Source: Methanocaldococcus sp. 16A
GTDB taxonomy: Archaea > AGJL01 > Methanococci > Methanococcales > Methanocaldococcaceae
DNA length: 64,000 bases
Reading direction: 5' to 3' (one strand)
NCBI GenBank assembly: GCA_049860595.1
Contig: CP187551.1
The notes under the pieces are model-generated. The model ran no database searches, was not told the origin of the DNA, and saw only the letters and a program-made list of their open reading frames with translations. This document shows positions 1 through 9,388 of the stretch, one piece after another. The first letter of the stretch is position 1. Each line of letters opens with the position of its first letter. The position numbers and the translations under genes are program-made.

Positions 1-291
1 GTCTTCAATTGTTAAACCTCTTTTCTCTCTAGCTTCTCTAATAACATCACCATAATCTTCTCTCAACATTGGTAAGGTATCAAAGATATCTCTTTTTCTT
101 TTTTTAACAGGTTTATTAGTAGATGATATTGAACTTCTTCCAATTATTGTAGTTTTTTTACCAAATCTTGAATATGTTTTTGGACTTTTTCCAAATTTAG
201 CACATTCTTTACAAACTTGCATTTCAGAACCTTCAATCATTACCTTGTAAAGCTTATCTGTAAGCTTTCCGCACAATTCACACATTTTCAT
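1..291 (-). CDS. Archaeal multiprotein bridging factor aMBF1 (Zn-ribbon + HTH), 5' part only; runs off window
   Basis: Manual translation from ATG at 291: MKMCELCGK...CKECAKFG...[20 protein letters not shown]; CxxC..CxxC ribbon then start of an XRE-type HTH. Not in ORF track (truncated). Confidence 0.85.
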   Translation of the reverse strand, partial: MKMCELCGKLTDKLYKVMIEGSEMQVCKECAKFGKSPKTYSRFGKKTTIIGRSSISSTNKPVKKRKRDIFDTLPMLREDYGDVIREAREKRGLTIED

Positions 292-389
292 AATACTATC
301 CCTCAAAAATGTAATAACATTTATATATTATGGAGTTCATTTATAATTTTATTAAATAATTTTAGTTATATATTGGTTGTGGTGAAATT

Positions 390-560
390 ATGGAAAGAGA
401 AAAGTTAATAAAAAAACTTCTTCACACATTGCACCATACAGAAGAGCATTTTGAAGCAATAATAAACCAATTAAAAGAACTCGGCTTAGAAACTAAGGAG
501 TATGAAGAGCTATACAATAAATTAAAAGAGTTAAATGAAAATATTAAGAAAAATCTATAA
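390..560 (+). CDS. Small 56-aa helical hypothetical protein
   Basis: GGTGA RBS at 381-385; manual translation MEREKLIKKLLHTLHHTEEHFEAIINQLKELGLETKEYEELYNKLKELNENIKKNL; below ORF-track cutoff. Confidence 0.7.
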   Translation: MEREKLIKKLLHTLHHTEEHFEAIINQLKELGLETKEYEELYNKLKELNENIKKNL

Positions 561-570
561 AATAAATTAA

Positions 571-1665
571 TTATCCAAGAATTATTCCTGCAATATAACC
601 ACAAATTGTTGAAAATATTACAACTAAAGCTAAATAAGTTGCTGCCTTGGTTTTTCCTAATATCTTTGAGATTGTTAAAACTGTAGGAATACTTAAGCTT
701 GGTCCTGCTAATAATAAAGCCATTGCCGGACCAACACCCATACCAAGTTCCATTAGAGCTTTTATAATTGGAACTTCTGTTAATGTGGCAAAATACATTA
801 AAGCCCCAATGAATGAAGCTATGAAATTAGCTTGTAAAGAGTTTCCTCCAACGTAATTGGCTATGTAGCTTGGTGGGATAATAGCTTTAATAACTCCTGC
901 TATAGCAACCCCAATAATTAGCAGTGGGAATACTATTTTTAATAAAACAAATGTTTCTCTAAGCCAACTTTCAATTTCATCTTTTTTAAACCACATTTTT
1001 GTTGTTATAGCTAAGATAATCCCAAGTATTATAAATAGTAAATGTTTTAGTAAAAATCCATCATATAATGGCATTGATAATGTTGGAAACAGCTTAGGTG
1101 AAGCAGTTATCACAAGTAGCATAATAAATTGCAGTGCAAAGAATATTATTGTTTGATATAAAGGTCTATTTGATATTTTATCTGCTTTTATGTTTAATTT
1201 TCTTCTCTTTTCTTCTTTTCTAAATATCATCTCCATTGATAAACCTATAAATATTGAAACAATTATAGCAAACACTGCTCTTAAAAATCCAATATCCCAT
1301 CCAAGTAATGCCGCTGAATAAAATATTGCCAAAACATTAATTGCTGGACCAGAGAATAAAAATGTTGTTGCCGGTCCTATTCCTGCTCCTCTTTTGTATA
1401 TACTGGCAAACAATGGAAGAATTGTGCAAGAACAAACAGCTAATAGAGTTCCACTGATAGCAGCAACACTATAAGATATATACTTTGGTGTGTTTGAACC
1501 AAAATACTTTATAATAAAGTTTTTGTTAATCATTGATGCAATACCTCCAGCCATGAAAAAGGCTGTTAATAATGCTAAAACTCTATTTATGCTTAAATAA
1601 TCAATAATTGTGTTTATCATAACGTTAATAATGTGAATTATAAAACTTGTGGCATCCATTTTCAT
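571..1665 (-). CDS. Permease, DUF318/ArsP family
   Basis: Multi-TM protein with AVCSCTILP and FLFSGPAIN / LLAGPSLSIP motifs typical of DUF318. Confidence 0.85.
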   Translation of the reverse strand: MKMDATSFIIHIINVMINTIIDYLSINRVLALLTAFFMAGGIASMINKNFIIKYFGSNTPKYISYSVAAISGTLLAVCSCTILPLFASIYKRGAGIGPATTFLFSGPAINVLAIFYSAALLGWDIGFLRAVFAIIVSIFIGLSMEMIFRKEEKRRKLNIKADKISNRPLYQTIIFFALQFIMLLVITASPKLFPTLSMPLYDGFLLKHLLFIILGIILAITTKMWFKKDEIESWLRETFVLLKIVFPLLIIGVAIAGVIKAIIPPSYIANYVGGNSLQANFIASFIGALMYFATLTEVPIIKALMELGMGVGPAMALLLAGPSLSIPTVLTISKILGKTKAATYLALVVIFSTICGYIAGIILG

Positions 1666-1835
1666 CCCCTCTTGATTCTTCTCCTTCCTTTTAGTGAATT
1701 TATATCATAGGTCATTTTTTCTCCACAATCTGGACAGTTTGGAAGTTCCACCTCTGATGCCATGCATGGGCAGACATCTACTTTGTATCTCATTCTTTTT
1801 CCACACTTTGGACAGATTAAGTTCCAGACAATCAT
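1662..1835 (-). CDS. Small 57-aa Cys-rich zinc-ribbon protein
   Basis: Manual translation MIVWNLICPKCGKRMRYKVDVCPCMASEVELPNCPDCGEKMTYDINSLKGRRRIKRG; GGTGAG RBS; TGA overlaps permease ATG (ATGA). Confidence 0.8.
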   Translation of the reverse strand: MIVWNLICPKCGKRMRYKVDVCPCMASEVELPNCPDCGEKMTYDINSLKGRRRIKRG

Positions 1836-1922
1836 CTTCTCACCATAAATCTACATATTTAACTTAATTAATTAAAATATCTATAAAAATAAGAATTTAA
1901 ATGAGTAATCTTCTAATCATTC

Positions 1923-2171
1923 TTATTTACCCTCCAAATAACTTTTTAACTCTTCTTTAATTTCTTCAACAGATGGAATTTTACCTTCAAAAACAACTAC
2001 ATCATCAAACGCAACTCCTGGAGCTACAAAAATCCACTCTGCTATTTCATTTATATCAGTAACTTTAACAATCTCTGCATCTATGCCAAGTTCTTCAACT
2101 GCCTTTTTAACATTTTCATAGGTTTGATTGCATTTTGGACAACCGGTTCCAAACACTCTTATCACTACCAT
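1923..2171 (-). CDS. Small redox-active disulfide protein (thioredoxin fold)
   Basis: GTGCPKC motif, 82 aa; family commonly adjacent to DUF318 permeases. Confidence 0.9.
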   Translation of the reverse strand: MVVIRVFGTGCPKCNQTYENVKKAVEELGIDAEIVKVTDINEIAEWIFVAPGVAFDDVVVFEGKIPSVEEIKEELKSYLEGK

Positions 2172-2252
2172 ATTGTTCCACCGAAATTTAATAGGAAATA
2201 ACTAATATTTATAGATAATTTTTGATTTGGTTTATATATTTTAATTTTACAA

Positions 2253-2726
2253 CTAACCCCTCTTCACTATCAAAACTGGTTTGTCTGATTTTTTAATAAC
2301 ATTTTCAGTAACTGAACCAAGCAAGATGTCTTTTAAGTTGGTTTTTCCATGAGAGCCCATTATAATCACATCAACATTTTCTTCTTCTGCAATTTCAACA
2401 ATTTTTTCATGTGGATTTCCTACAATAACAATGTCTTTAACTTTAAATCCAATGTCTTCAAGTTCTTTTTTAATTTTTTCCATTTTGTCTTTTGCTTCTT
2501 CACTAAGTTTCTTTTTTAATTCATTTTCTAACTCTTCTATTGATTTGTTCAATCCAGCAACACCCAATATCAAGGAGAATATATCTTTCTTTTTAATATC
2601 GTTCTCATCTATAATATGCAGTAAAATAACCTCCTCCCCCCCAAGGTTTTTAAATGCTTTGACATGCTTTAATACCATCTCAGCCACTTCAGAAAAGTCT
2701 GTTGGATATAGAATTTTTTTATACAT
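2253..2726 (-). CDS. Universal stress protein (MJ0577-like ATP-binding USP)
   Basis: MYKKILYPTDFS N-terminus; IIMGSHGKTNLKDILLGSVTENVIKKS motif. Confidence 0.95.
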   Translation of the reverse strand: MYKKILYPTDFSEVAEMVLKHVKAFKNLGGEEVILLHIIDENDIKKKDIFSLILGVAGLNKSIEELENELKKKLSEEAKDKMEKIKKELEDIGFKVKDIVIVGNPHEKIVEIAEEENVDVIIMGSHGKTNLKDILLGSVTENVIKKSDKPVLIVKRG

Positions 2727-2806
2727 CTGCTTTCACCCAAATTTGATTGAATCATATTTAAAATTATTATTCCATCTATATTATAATTTTTACTATATTT
2801 ATTTTA

Positions 2807-3501
2807 GAGACTGTCAAGATAAAGATTAAATAAATATGTGTAAATAAAGGAAGATATGAAACTTACGATAGAAATGTTAAAGGAAGGGATTAAGAAGATA
2901 GTTAAAAGGAATAAGAAGTCGATAGAGATTAAAATTTTAGCTGGAATTTTGTATTATTTAGGATTATCGTTAAGAAAGGTTAGTTTGTTTCTTTCTCAAT
3001 TTGAAAGTATAAGTCATGAATCGGTTAGAACATATTATCACAAGATTAAGGAGATTTTAAACGAGCCTGAAAGAAAGACAAGAAACCTAATAGCAATCGA
3101 TGAAACTAAACTAAAGATTGGAAATGAAACTATTTATGTATGGTCTGCTATCGATGTGGGTTCTAAAGAATGTTTAGGTATCTATGTCTCTAAAACAAGA
3201 TGCTACCTCGATACAATCTTATTCGTAAAAAATATATTAAAATTTTGCTCGAATAAACCAAAGATTTTAGTCGATGGTGGCAAATGGTATCCGTGGGCAC
3301 TGCAAAGATTAGGACTAAAATTCGAAAGAGTTCGATTCGGTTTAAGAAATTGTGTCGAAAGTTTCTTTTCCCTACTCAAACGAAGAACTAAATCTTTCTA
3401 TAATCGATTCCCAAGTAATACTAAATTCTCAACCGTCATTAGCTGGCTCGTATCTTTCTCCTCTTTCTATAACTTCTTTCTCTCCTTATCTTGACATCGT
3501 C
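2807..3501 (+). mobile_element. IS6-family insertion sequence, 695 bp, intact
   Basis: Imperfect 16-bp TIRs GAGACTGTCAAGATAA (2807-2822) / TTATCTTGACATCGTC (3486-3501), flanked by direct repeat TTTATTTTA (2798-2806, 3502-3510); encloses DDE transposase. Confidence 0.9.
2856..3494 (+). CDS. IS6-family DDE transposase
   Basis: AIDETK...[33 protein letters not shown]: DDE triad of archaeal IS6/IS240 type. Confidence 0.93.
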   Translation: MKLTIEMLKEGIKKIVKRNKKSIEIKILAGILYYLGLSLRKVSLFLSQFESISHESVRTYYHKIKEILNEPERKTRNLIAIDETKLKIGNETIYVWSAIDVGSKECLGIYVSKTRCYLDTILFVKNILKFCSNKPKILVDGGKWYPWALQRLGLKFERVRFGLRNCVESFFSLLKRRTKSFYNRFPSNTKFSTVISWLVSFSSFYNFFLSLS

Positions 3502-3565
3502 TTTATTTTAATACAAAAGAGAAAAATTAATCAAAAAATTGAAATTTTAATATTAAACAAAATTG

Positions 3566-3940
3566 TTAAATTAGATTATGATTTTTTAAGGTTTCTTTAG
3601 CTTTTAATAAAATTTTATGATTTTTAATGATATTTTGCATATAATCTCTTCCTGGAAACTCTAAAGCATCAACTGGACAGAGTGTTTTGCAAGTTGTGCA
3701 TGCAACAACACAATTGTAAGGTCTTGCTACAACAGGTTTTTTCTTTTCTTTATCCCAATCAAATACAATTCTATTTGCACATGTTATAAAGCACACTCCA
3801 CAACCTATACATTTATCATAATTTATTTTTGGATACCATTCTATTTCTTTTCTGTCTATTCCCCACCATGGTTTTTTGCTCCAATCCTTTATTGTTCTAC
3901 CCAATGCATCTTTTCCTATTACTGGAAGTTCTTCACTCAT
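3566..3940 (-). CDS. 2[4Fe-4S] ferredoxin-family protein
   Basis: CIGCGVCFITC and CVVACTTCKTLCP motifs. Confidence 0.9.
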   Translation of the reverse strand: MSEELPVIGKDALGRTIKDWSKKPWWGIDRKEIEWYPKINYDKCIGCGVCFITCANRIVFDWDKEKKKPVVARPYNCVVACTTCKTLCPVDALEFPGRDYMQNIIKNHKILLKAKETLKNHNLI

Positions 3941-3986
3941 AAAATCACCATATTAAATTTTTATGGTATGGTTTATTGTAATACCT

Positions 3987-4028
3987 ATATTTATAGTTTT
4001 CGATTAATTAATGTATTTTGATATTTTT
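3987..4028 (-). promoter_or_regulatory. Promoter of ferredoxin gene (BRE CGAAA + TATAAATA) with conserved upstream block, copy 1
   Basis: 38/42 identical to 6850-6891. Confidence 0.65.
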
Positions 4029-4045
4029 TAAGAATATTTAAATAT

Positions 4046-4735
4046 TTAAATAAAAATTATACCTTTCAATATAGCCTCTTTATGTATTTTTAAAGCCTTC
4101 TGCTTTTTACAATCCCCTCTAAAAATTTTTATCTTTCCAGCAACACATGGATATCTTTGAATTAACATGGCTGATTTTTTGCTGAACTCTTCAATATCAC
4201 CAACTTCCATTCCTTTCATCAACTTAGCCATGAATAGGGTTGAGCCACAGATTGATGTTCTTAAAACCTCCACATTTTCAACTTTGTTGTCTTTAACATA
4301 AACTTTAACCTTTGGACTTCCAAATTCATCTAAAAATTCTTTTAATTTTGGATATTTATTTATCAAATTCCCAACTTCTTTTTCATTTAATAAACACATT
4401 TCCTCCGGGCATATAGCATCAAACTTACTCAATTCTTTCTTCTCTCCCTCTCCTTTCCATGTAGCAACGATTATGGCTATATTTTTATTCAATTTCCTTG
4501 CCTCATAGCAGAGATAGTATGTGTTATCTGGATGTTGAGTGTAGAGTAATAAAATATCAGCTTCTTTAATTTTATTTAACAATGTCTCTGGAAACTCTAT
4601 ATCATCAACTATTAAATCATTTGGCTTATCAATCTTAAAAATATCAATAAACTCATTTTTCTTTCCAAATGAATTAACAGTTCCTTTAATCCTATAACCA
4701 TAAGCTCCGTCAGTTACTACCAATATCTTTGCCAT
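4046..4735 (-). CDS. DUF166-family protein
   Basis: HPD motif, [31 protein letters not shown] pattern recalled for DUF166. Confidence 0.7.
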   Translation of the reverse strand: MAKILVVTDGAYGYRIKGTVNSFGKKNEFIDIFKIDKPNDLIVDDIEFPETLLNKIKEADILLLYTQHPDNTYYLCYEARKLNKNIAIIVATWKGEGEKKELSKFDAICPEEMCLLNEKEVGNLINKYPKLKEFLDEFGSPKVKVYVKDNKVENVEVLRTSICGSTLFMAKLMKGMEVGDIEEFSKKSAMLIQRYPCVAGKIKIFRGDCKKQKALKIHKEAILKGIIFI

Positions 4736-4736
4736 A

Positions 4737-6155
4737 TTATCCCCTTATAATTTTTTTAGTTAAAATGCATCCAGGGTCTTCTCTTAAATAATCCCTATAA
4801 TAAGAATAAGCTCTTGCTCTACAACCCCCACAGACATATTTGTATTGACATTTTCCACATATCTTTAATTTATCTCTATCTCTTAAATCATTTAATATCT
4901 TATTTTCTTTCCAAAAGTTTAAAAAATCATTTTCATCGTTAAATTCTCTCATATTCCCTAATTTCAATGGGAAAAATACACATGGTTGAATATCTCCATT
5001 AGCCCTTAAACTTAAATAGAATCTTCCACATCCACATCCTCCAATAAAATTGGCTAAACTTTTTAAACGTTCATTCTCATCCAAATCAACATTAGCAAAG
5101 TGTGTTGCAAGGTAGTATTTATTATGCTCTAATGCAGTTCTCGAATAATATGGAGCTGTTGATAAAAAGGCAGTTTTACATTTTTTTCCAGTTTCATTGT
5201 TTAATTTTTCCCATAACATATTTAATAACTCTTCCCTTTCTTCAGGAGATAAATCGATTTCAAAATCTCCAGCACCAACTGGAATATAGTTGTACAGCAT
5301 GAAATAATCAACCCCAAGTTCTTCAGCAAAATCCATAACTTTTGGGACATCTTTATAGTTTAATTTTGTTGCGGTTGTCGCAATTGCACAGCATATATTT
5401 TCTTCAACAACATTTCGTATTCCCTCAACAGTTCTGTCATAAATTCCCTCTATACCCCTAAATTTTTCATGAGTTTCCTTTGTTCCATCTAAACTTATTT
5501 GTATAAAATCCACACCATGGTCTTTTAGTTTTTTTACATTTTCCTTTGTTAGTAAGGTTCCATTCGTTGCTATGGAAACTTGCATATCGTAATCTTTTGC
5601 TTTATCTATTAATTCAAATAATTCTTTTCTCATCAATGGTTCTCCTCCAGAAAATGCTAAAGCTACAACTCCTGCGTTTCCCAATATATCAACAACTTTT
5701 TTTGCCTCTTCTGTGTTTAATTCATCTTCTAATGGTTTTCCCGCATTTGCATAGCAATGCTTACATCTTAAGTTACACCTATATGTAACATCCCACACAA
5801 CTAAAAATGGAGCTCCAGAGACAAAAGGTCTTCTTACACCAAAATAACCTAAGCCCCTAACAACACTTATTAATCCTTTTTTAAAGTAAGGGTCTTTTAA
5901 ATATTCTTTAAAAATTTCTTTATATTTTCCTCCTGCAAATGTTTTTAATCCATTATCTAAAACACTTTTTAATGTTTTGTATTTTAATGAGTTAATATCC
6001 TCCCCTTTAATATAAGCATCAATATAATTTTCAATAATAAGTTTTCCATTTTTATCTTTTTTAAAAAGACCTAAAAGATGTCTTTTTATTATTGGATTTA
6101 AAATCAATTTTGAAAACACTAAAGCCATATCTTCTGTTTTCATAATATCAACCAT
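4737..6155 (-). CDS. Radical SAM/SPASM-domain protein (PqqE/NirJ/Ahb-like superfamily)
   Basis: [15 protein letters not shown], and SPASM cysteines CGCG...GDIQPC...[13 protein letters not shown]...EDPGC. Confidence 0.9.
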   Translation of the reverse strand: MVDIMKTEDMALVFSKLILNPIIKRHLLGLFKKDKNGKLIIENYIDAYIKGEDINSLKYKTLKSVLDNGLKTFAGGKYKEIFKEYLKDPYFKKGLISVVRGLGYFGVRRPFVSGAPFLVVWDVTYRCNLRCKHCYANAGKPLEDELNTEEAKKVVDILGNAGVVALAFSGGEPLMRKELFELIDKAKDYDMQVSIATNGTLLTKENVKKLKDHGVDFIQISLDGTKETHEKFRGIEGIYDRTVEGIRNVVEENICCAIATTATKLNYKDVPKVMDFAEELGVDYFMLYNYIPVGAGDFEIDLSPEEREELLNMLWEKLNNETGKKCKTAFLSTAPYYSRTALEHNKYYLATHFANVDLDENERLKSLANFIGGCGCGRFYLSLRANGDIQPCVFFPLKLGNMREFNDENDFLNFWKENKILNDLRDRDKLKICGKCQYKYVCGGCRARAYSYYRDYLREDPGCILTKKIIRG

Positions 6156-6230
6156 ATATTATTAATAATTATCGCTAAAAAACCTTATCTTTAAATATGA
6201 ATAAAAGAAAATTAAAAGATAAAAATATAG

Positions 6231-6800
6231 TTATTCAAAGATAACGTTTTTTTCAATCTCACAATTTAAAGAATTGCTAATTAAGCATTTTTTAGAACCT
6301 TCTAAAATTAATTTCTCTAAGTCTTCTTTATCCATATCTTTATTAACTTTTACATGAATATTTATGATTATTTTCTTTATTTTTCCTTCTTCAAATGATT
6401 TCTCAACATTTCCATCTACCTTTATTTCAGCATCTATGTTGTTATCTTTTAATGTATTACCAACAGCTATACAGATACATCCACACAGCCCTGCTAAGAA
6501 TAAATCCATTGGAGATATTTTTTCTTTTGTAGCTCCTTTTCCTCCTCTTGAATGAATTTTTAGTCCCTTAATATTTAACATTACTTCAAACATATCACAA
6601 AACTCAGCGGAAATTTCCTTTTTCTCATCTTTACTAACAAATATATCAACTATCTTTGCTATAAACTCTTTTCTTTCATTTTCAGGAATTTTATCTAAAA
6701 ACTTTTCTAAAGCCAATGGCATCATCTTAGGCATCATCTTTGGAGCCATTTCTTTGGCCATGTCTGAGTTCATCATTTCCATTATCATCTCTGGATTCAT
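6231..6800 (-). CDS. OsmC-family protein with Met-rich N-terminal extension
   Basis: SPMDLFLAGLCGC and KKCLISNSL OsmC motifs; N-terminus MNPEMIMEMMNSDMAKEMAPKMMPKMMP. Confidence 0.8.
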   Translation of the reverse strand: MNPEMIMEMMNSDMAKEMAPKMMPKMMPLALEKFLDKIPENERKEFIAKIVDIFVSKDEKKEISAEFCDMFEVMLNIKGLKIHSRGGKGATKEKISPMDLFLAGLCGCICIAVGNTLKDNNIDAEIKVDGNVEKSFEEGKIKKIIINIHVKVNKDMDKEDLEKLILEGSKKCLISNSLNCEIEKNVIFE

Positions 6801-6849
6801 ACTCTCACCATACTTTATTTTCCCCTCATGAGTAAAAGTATATCAAGCC

Positions 6850-6891
6850 ATATTTATATCTTTCGATTAATTGATGTATTTTAATATTTTT
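6850..6891 (-). promoter_or_regulatory. Promoter of OsmC operon with conserved upstream block, copy 2
   Basis: 38/42 identical to 3987-4028; minus strand reads AATCGAAAGATATAAATAT (BRE+TATA). Confidence 0.65.
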
Positions 6892-6989
6892 AAAGTATAT
6901 TCATATATATTGATTAACTAACTTTAGAATAATTTTAAAATTGTAGAATTAAAAATGGAAACTTTGATAGTTTTGTGCAAAGTGAGAGG

Positions 6990-7856
6990 ATGAAATATCT
7001 CATCTTAAAAATAACAAACAGATGTAATTTAAATTGCATCTATTGTTATGCATCTAATAAAAACAACAAAGACATGGATTTTGAAACTGCAAAAAATGCA
7101 GTTGATTATATTTTGAAAATAGATGATAAGTTAAAAATCCAATTTACTGGTGGAGAGCCACTTTTGAATTTTGATTTGATTGAAAGAATAATAAGTTATT
7201 GCACTGAAACTTATTCCAATAAATATATTTCTTATGCAATACAAACAAATGGAACTCTGCTAAGTGAAAAAATTATTAAAAAAATTAAGGATTTGGAGAT
7301 AAAAATTGGTATTAGCATAGATGGTTTAGAGGTAAATGATATATTAAGACCATACAAAAACAAAAAACCTTCAACAATAGACACATTAAAAGGTATTTAT
7401 CTTTTAAAAGAACACAATATTCCTTTCGGTGTAACAATAGTTGTAACAAACAAAAATCTACCATATATCAAAGAATTTATTGAATATTTAATGGCTTTGG
7501 GAATTAAAAGTGTAAGTTTTGATTTATTAAAGCCAAAGAAAAAGGAACATTTAAAATTAATGCCAAATGAAGATGAATATAATAGAACTTTAGATGAATT
7601 GAAAGATTATCCAATATATATTAAGAACATACGAAGGGACGAAAAACTAAAGGAAGGTAAAAAATACTGTTTTTTGAATAGTGGGGACTTGCTCTTTGTC
7701 AATGAGTTTGGAGATATTTATCCCTGCCCAACACTGGAAGGGTCTTTTTATATGGGTAATATAAATAAAATTGATAAAGAAAACCTAAAATTATTTAAAG
7801 TTGATTGTAATTATTGTTTTGCAAGGAAGTTTTTGATGGATAATATTAAGGGATAA
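6990..7856 (+). CDS. Radical SAM protein (anaerobic sulfatase maturase-like, short Twitch-type C-terminus)
   Basis: CNLNCIYC, FTGGEPLLN, QTNGTLL, C..GDIYPC..CNYC; ATG at 6990 after GTGAGAGG RBS. Confidence 0.85.
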   Translation: MKYLILKITNRCNLNCIYCYASNKNNKDMDFETAKNAVDYILKIDDKLKIQFTGGEPLLNFDLIERIISYCTETYSNKYISYAIQTNGTLLSEKIIKKIKDLEIKIGISIDGLEVNDILRPYKNKKPSTIDTLKGIYLLKEHNIPFGVTIVVTNKNLPYIKEFIEYLMALGIKSVSFDLLKPKKKEHLKLMPNEDEYNRTLDELKDYPIYIKNIRRDEKLKEGKKYCFLNSGDLLFVNEFGDIYPCPTLEGSFYMGNINKIDKENLKLFKVDCNYCFARKFLMDNIKG

Positions 7857-7857
7857 G

Positions 7858-8610
7858 ATGATAGGCATCTCAACAAGCGTATTTGCAAACTCAAATACAA
7901 AGTTGGAAGATACTTTATCAATTTTAGAGAATAAAACAAGATATGCTGAACTTATTTGTGATGGTTACTTGAATGTTATGGAAAACACTGAAGTTCCGCT
8001 TTCTTTTGATTTGAAATATACATTACACTGCCCACTTTCAGATATGAATTTGTCATCCTTTAGGGAAAAGGTTAGAAAAACAAGCGTAGAGGTTGTTGAG
8101 GATATTTTAAAGGTTGCTGATGAAGTTAATGCCTCTTTAGTAGTCCTCCATCCAGGTTATTGCATCTTTGAGGAAGATTATCCAAAGGCATTAAATGCCT
8201 TAAAAAAGTCCATAGTTGAGTTAAACGAACTTCAAAATGAATATTCCATAAAAATAACAATAGAAAATATGCCATCCTATAGTATGTTTATGTTTAGGGA
8301 GCCAATTGATGAAATTATTGAAATTTTGGGAGATGTTGGAATAACATTTGATATTGGACATTCCTTTTTAAATAAAAACATTGATGCTTTTTTAAATGAT
8401 AAAGTCGTTGATAAAATTGCTCATATTCATATCCATGACAACAATGGAGAGTTTGATGAGCATCTATGCATAGGGAAAGGAAAGATTGATTTTGAAAATT
8501 ATAAGAAAATATTAAGGAAAATAAATAGCATAAAAATGATTGAGATGCAAAATAAAAGTATTGATGATTTAGATTTATGCATTAAAAGAGCTAAAAAGCT
8601 ATTTGGGTGA
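7858..8610 (+). CDS. AP endonuclease 2 / xylose-isomerase-like TIM-barrel metalloenzyme
   Basis: LHCP..D.NLSS, VLHPG, IENMP, FDIGH, HIHIHDNNGEFDEHL..G.G.IDF motifs. Confidence 0.85.
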   Translation: MIGISTSVFANSNTKLEDTLSILENKTRYAELICDGYLNVMENTEVPLSFDLKYTLHCPLSDMNLSSFREKVRKTSVEVVEDILKVADEVNASLVVLHPGYCIFEEDYPKALNALKKSIVELNELQNEYSIKITIENMPSYSMFMFREPIDEIIEILGDVGITFDIGHSFLNKNIDAFLNDKVVDKIAHIHIHDNNGEFDEHLCIGKGKIDFENYKKILRKINSIKMIEMQNKSIDDLDLCIKRAKKLFG

Positions 8611-9388
8611 TGTTGTGAAAGAGTTGGTTTATAATATAGATGATTGGAAAGCATATAAAATTCCTCATAATATTGAAATAGAGGATGAGATTGAAAAAAC
8701 AAAGACATTAATAATTGAGTTTGATAAAAGAAGGAGAGTTTTATCTACAAGAGAAGGATTTAAGGTAGTTAAATATGTAGGAAACCATTCAATTCCAGAA
8801 ATATTTTGGGATAAGGTCCATAACTATAAAGATTATGAAAATCAGGTTTTGAATAAAATTGGTGTTAAAAAGGAGGATATTGCTTTGTTATCTACTGGAG
8901 CAGATATGGACAATTTGGCAATTGCTAAGGAGAAGTTTGATGAATTTTATGTTATAGCATTTACAACCGCTGGAGCAAAATACAACGCTATAAGATTGGG
9001 AGATGAAGAAGCAGACTATATAGAGAAGGATTTTAAAACCTACAAAATTGAAAATGGAAAATTAATCTCTAAGGAGGAGATTGGGACTGTTAATATTATT
9101 TTAATAACAAATGCAAACCTAACAGATGGAGCAATGGCGAGAGCTATAATAACTATTACAGAGGCAAAAACAAATGCCTTCCAAGAGTTGGATATAAGAA
9201 GCACTAAATATCCTGAACTTCAAGCAACTGGGACTGGAACTGATAATGTTATTGTTGTTGGTGGTTTTGGAAGGGGAGTTGATTATACAGGAGGACATAC
9301 TAAGATTGGAGAAATGATGGCAAAGGTTGTAAAAAGAAGTGTAAAAGAGGCATTAATTAAACAGGATAAATTAGATGTAAAATATTAA
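8603..9388 (+). CDS. cbiZ: Adenosylcobinamide amidohydrolase
   Basis: TGADM, TAG..NA, GTVNIIL, ITEAK, ATGTGTD, GGHTKIGE motifs of CbiZ; real start possibly GTG 8615. Confidence 0.88.
   Translation: MGDVVKELVYNIDDWKAYKIPHNIEIEDEIEKTKTLIIEFDKRRRVLSTREGFKVVKYVGNHSIPEIFWDKVHNYKDYENQVLNKIGVKKEDIALLSTGADMDNLAIAKEKFDEFYVIAFTTAGAKYNAIRLGDEEADYIEKDFKTYKIENGKLISKEEIGTVNIILITNANLTDGAMARAIITITEAKTNAFQELDIRSTKYPELQATGTGTDNVIVVGGFGRGVDYTGGHTKIGEMMAKVVKRSVKEALIKQDKLDVKY

Noticed and set aside
4737-6155. Calling the SPASM enzyme ahbC/ahbD or pqqE
   Set aside because: No ahbAB or pqq genes or obvious precursor peptide nearby; motifs only support superfamily level
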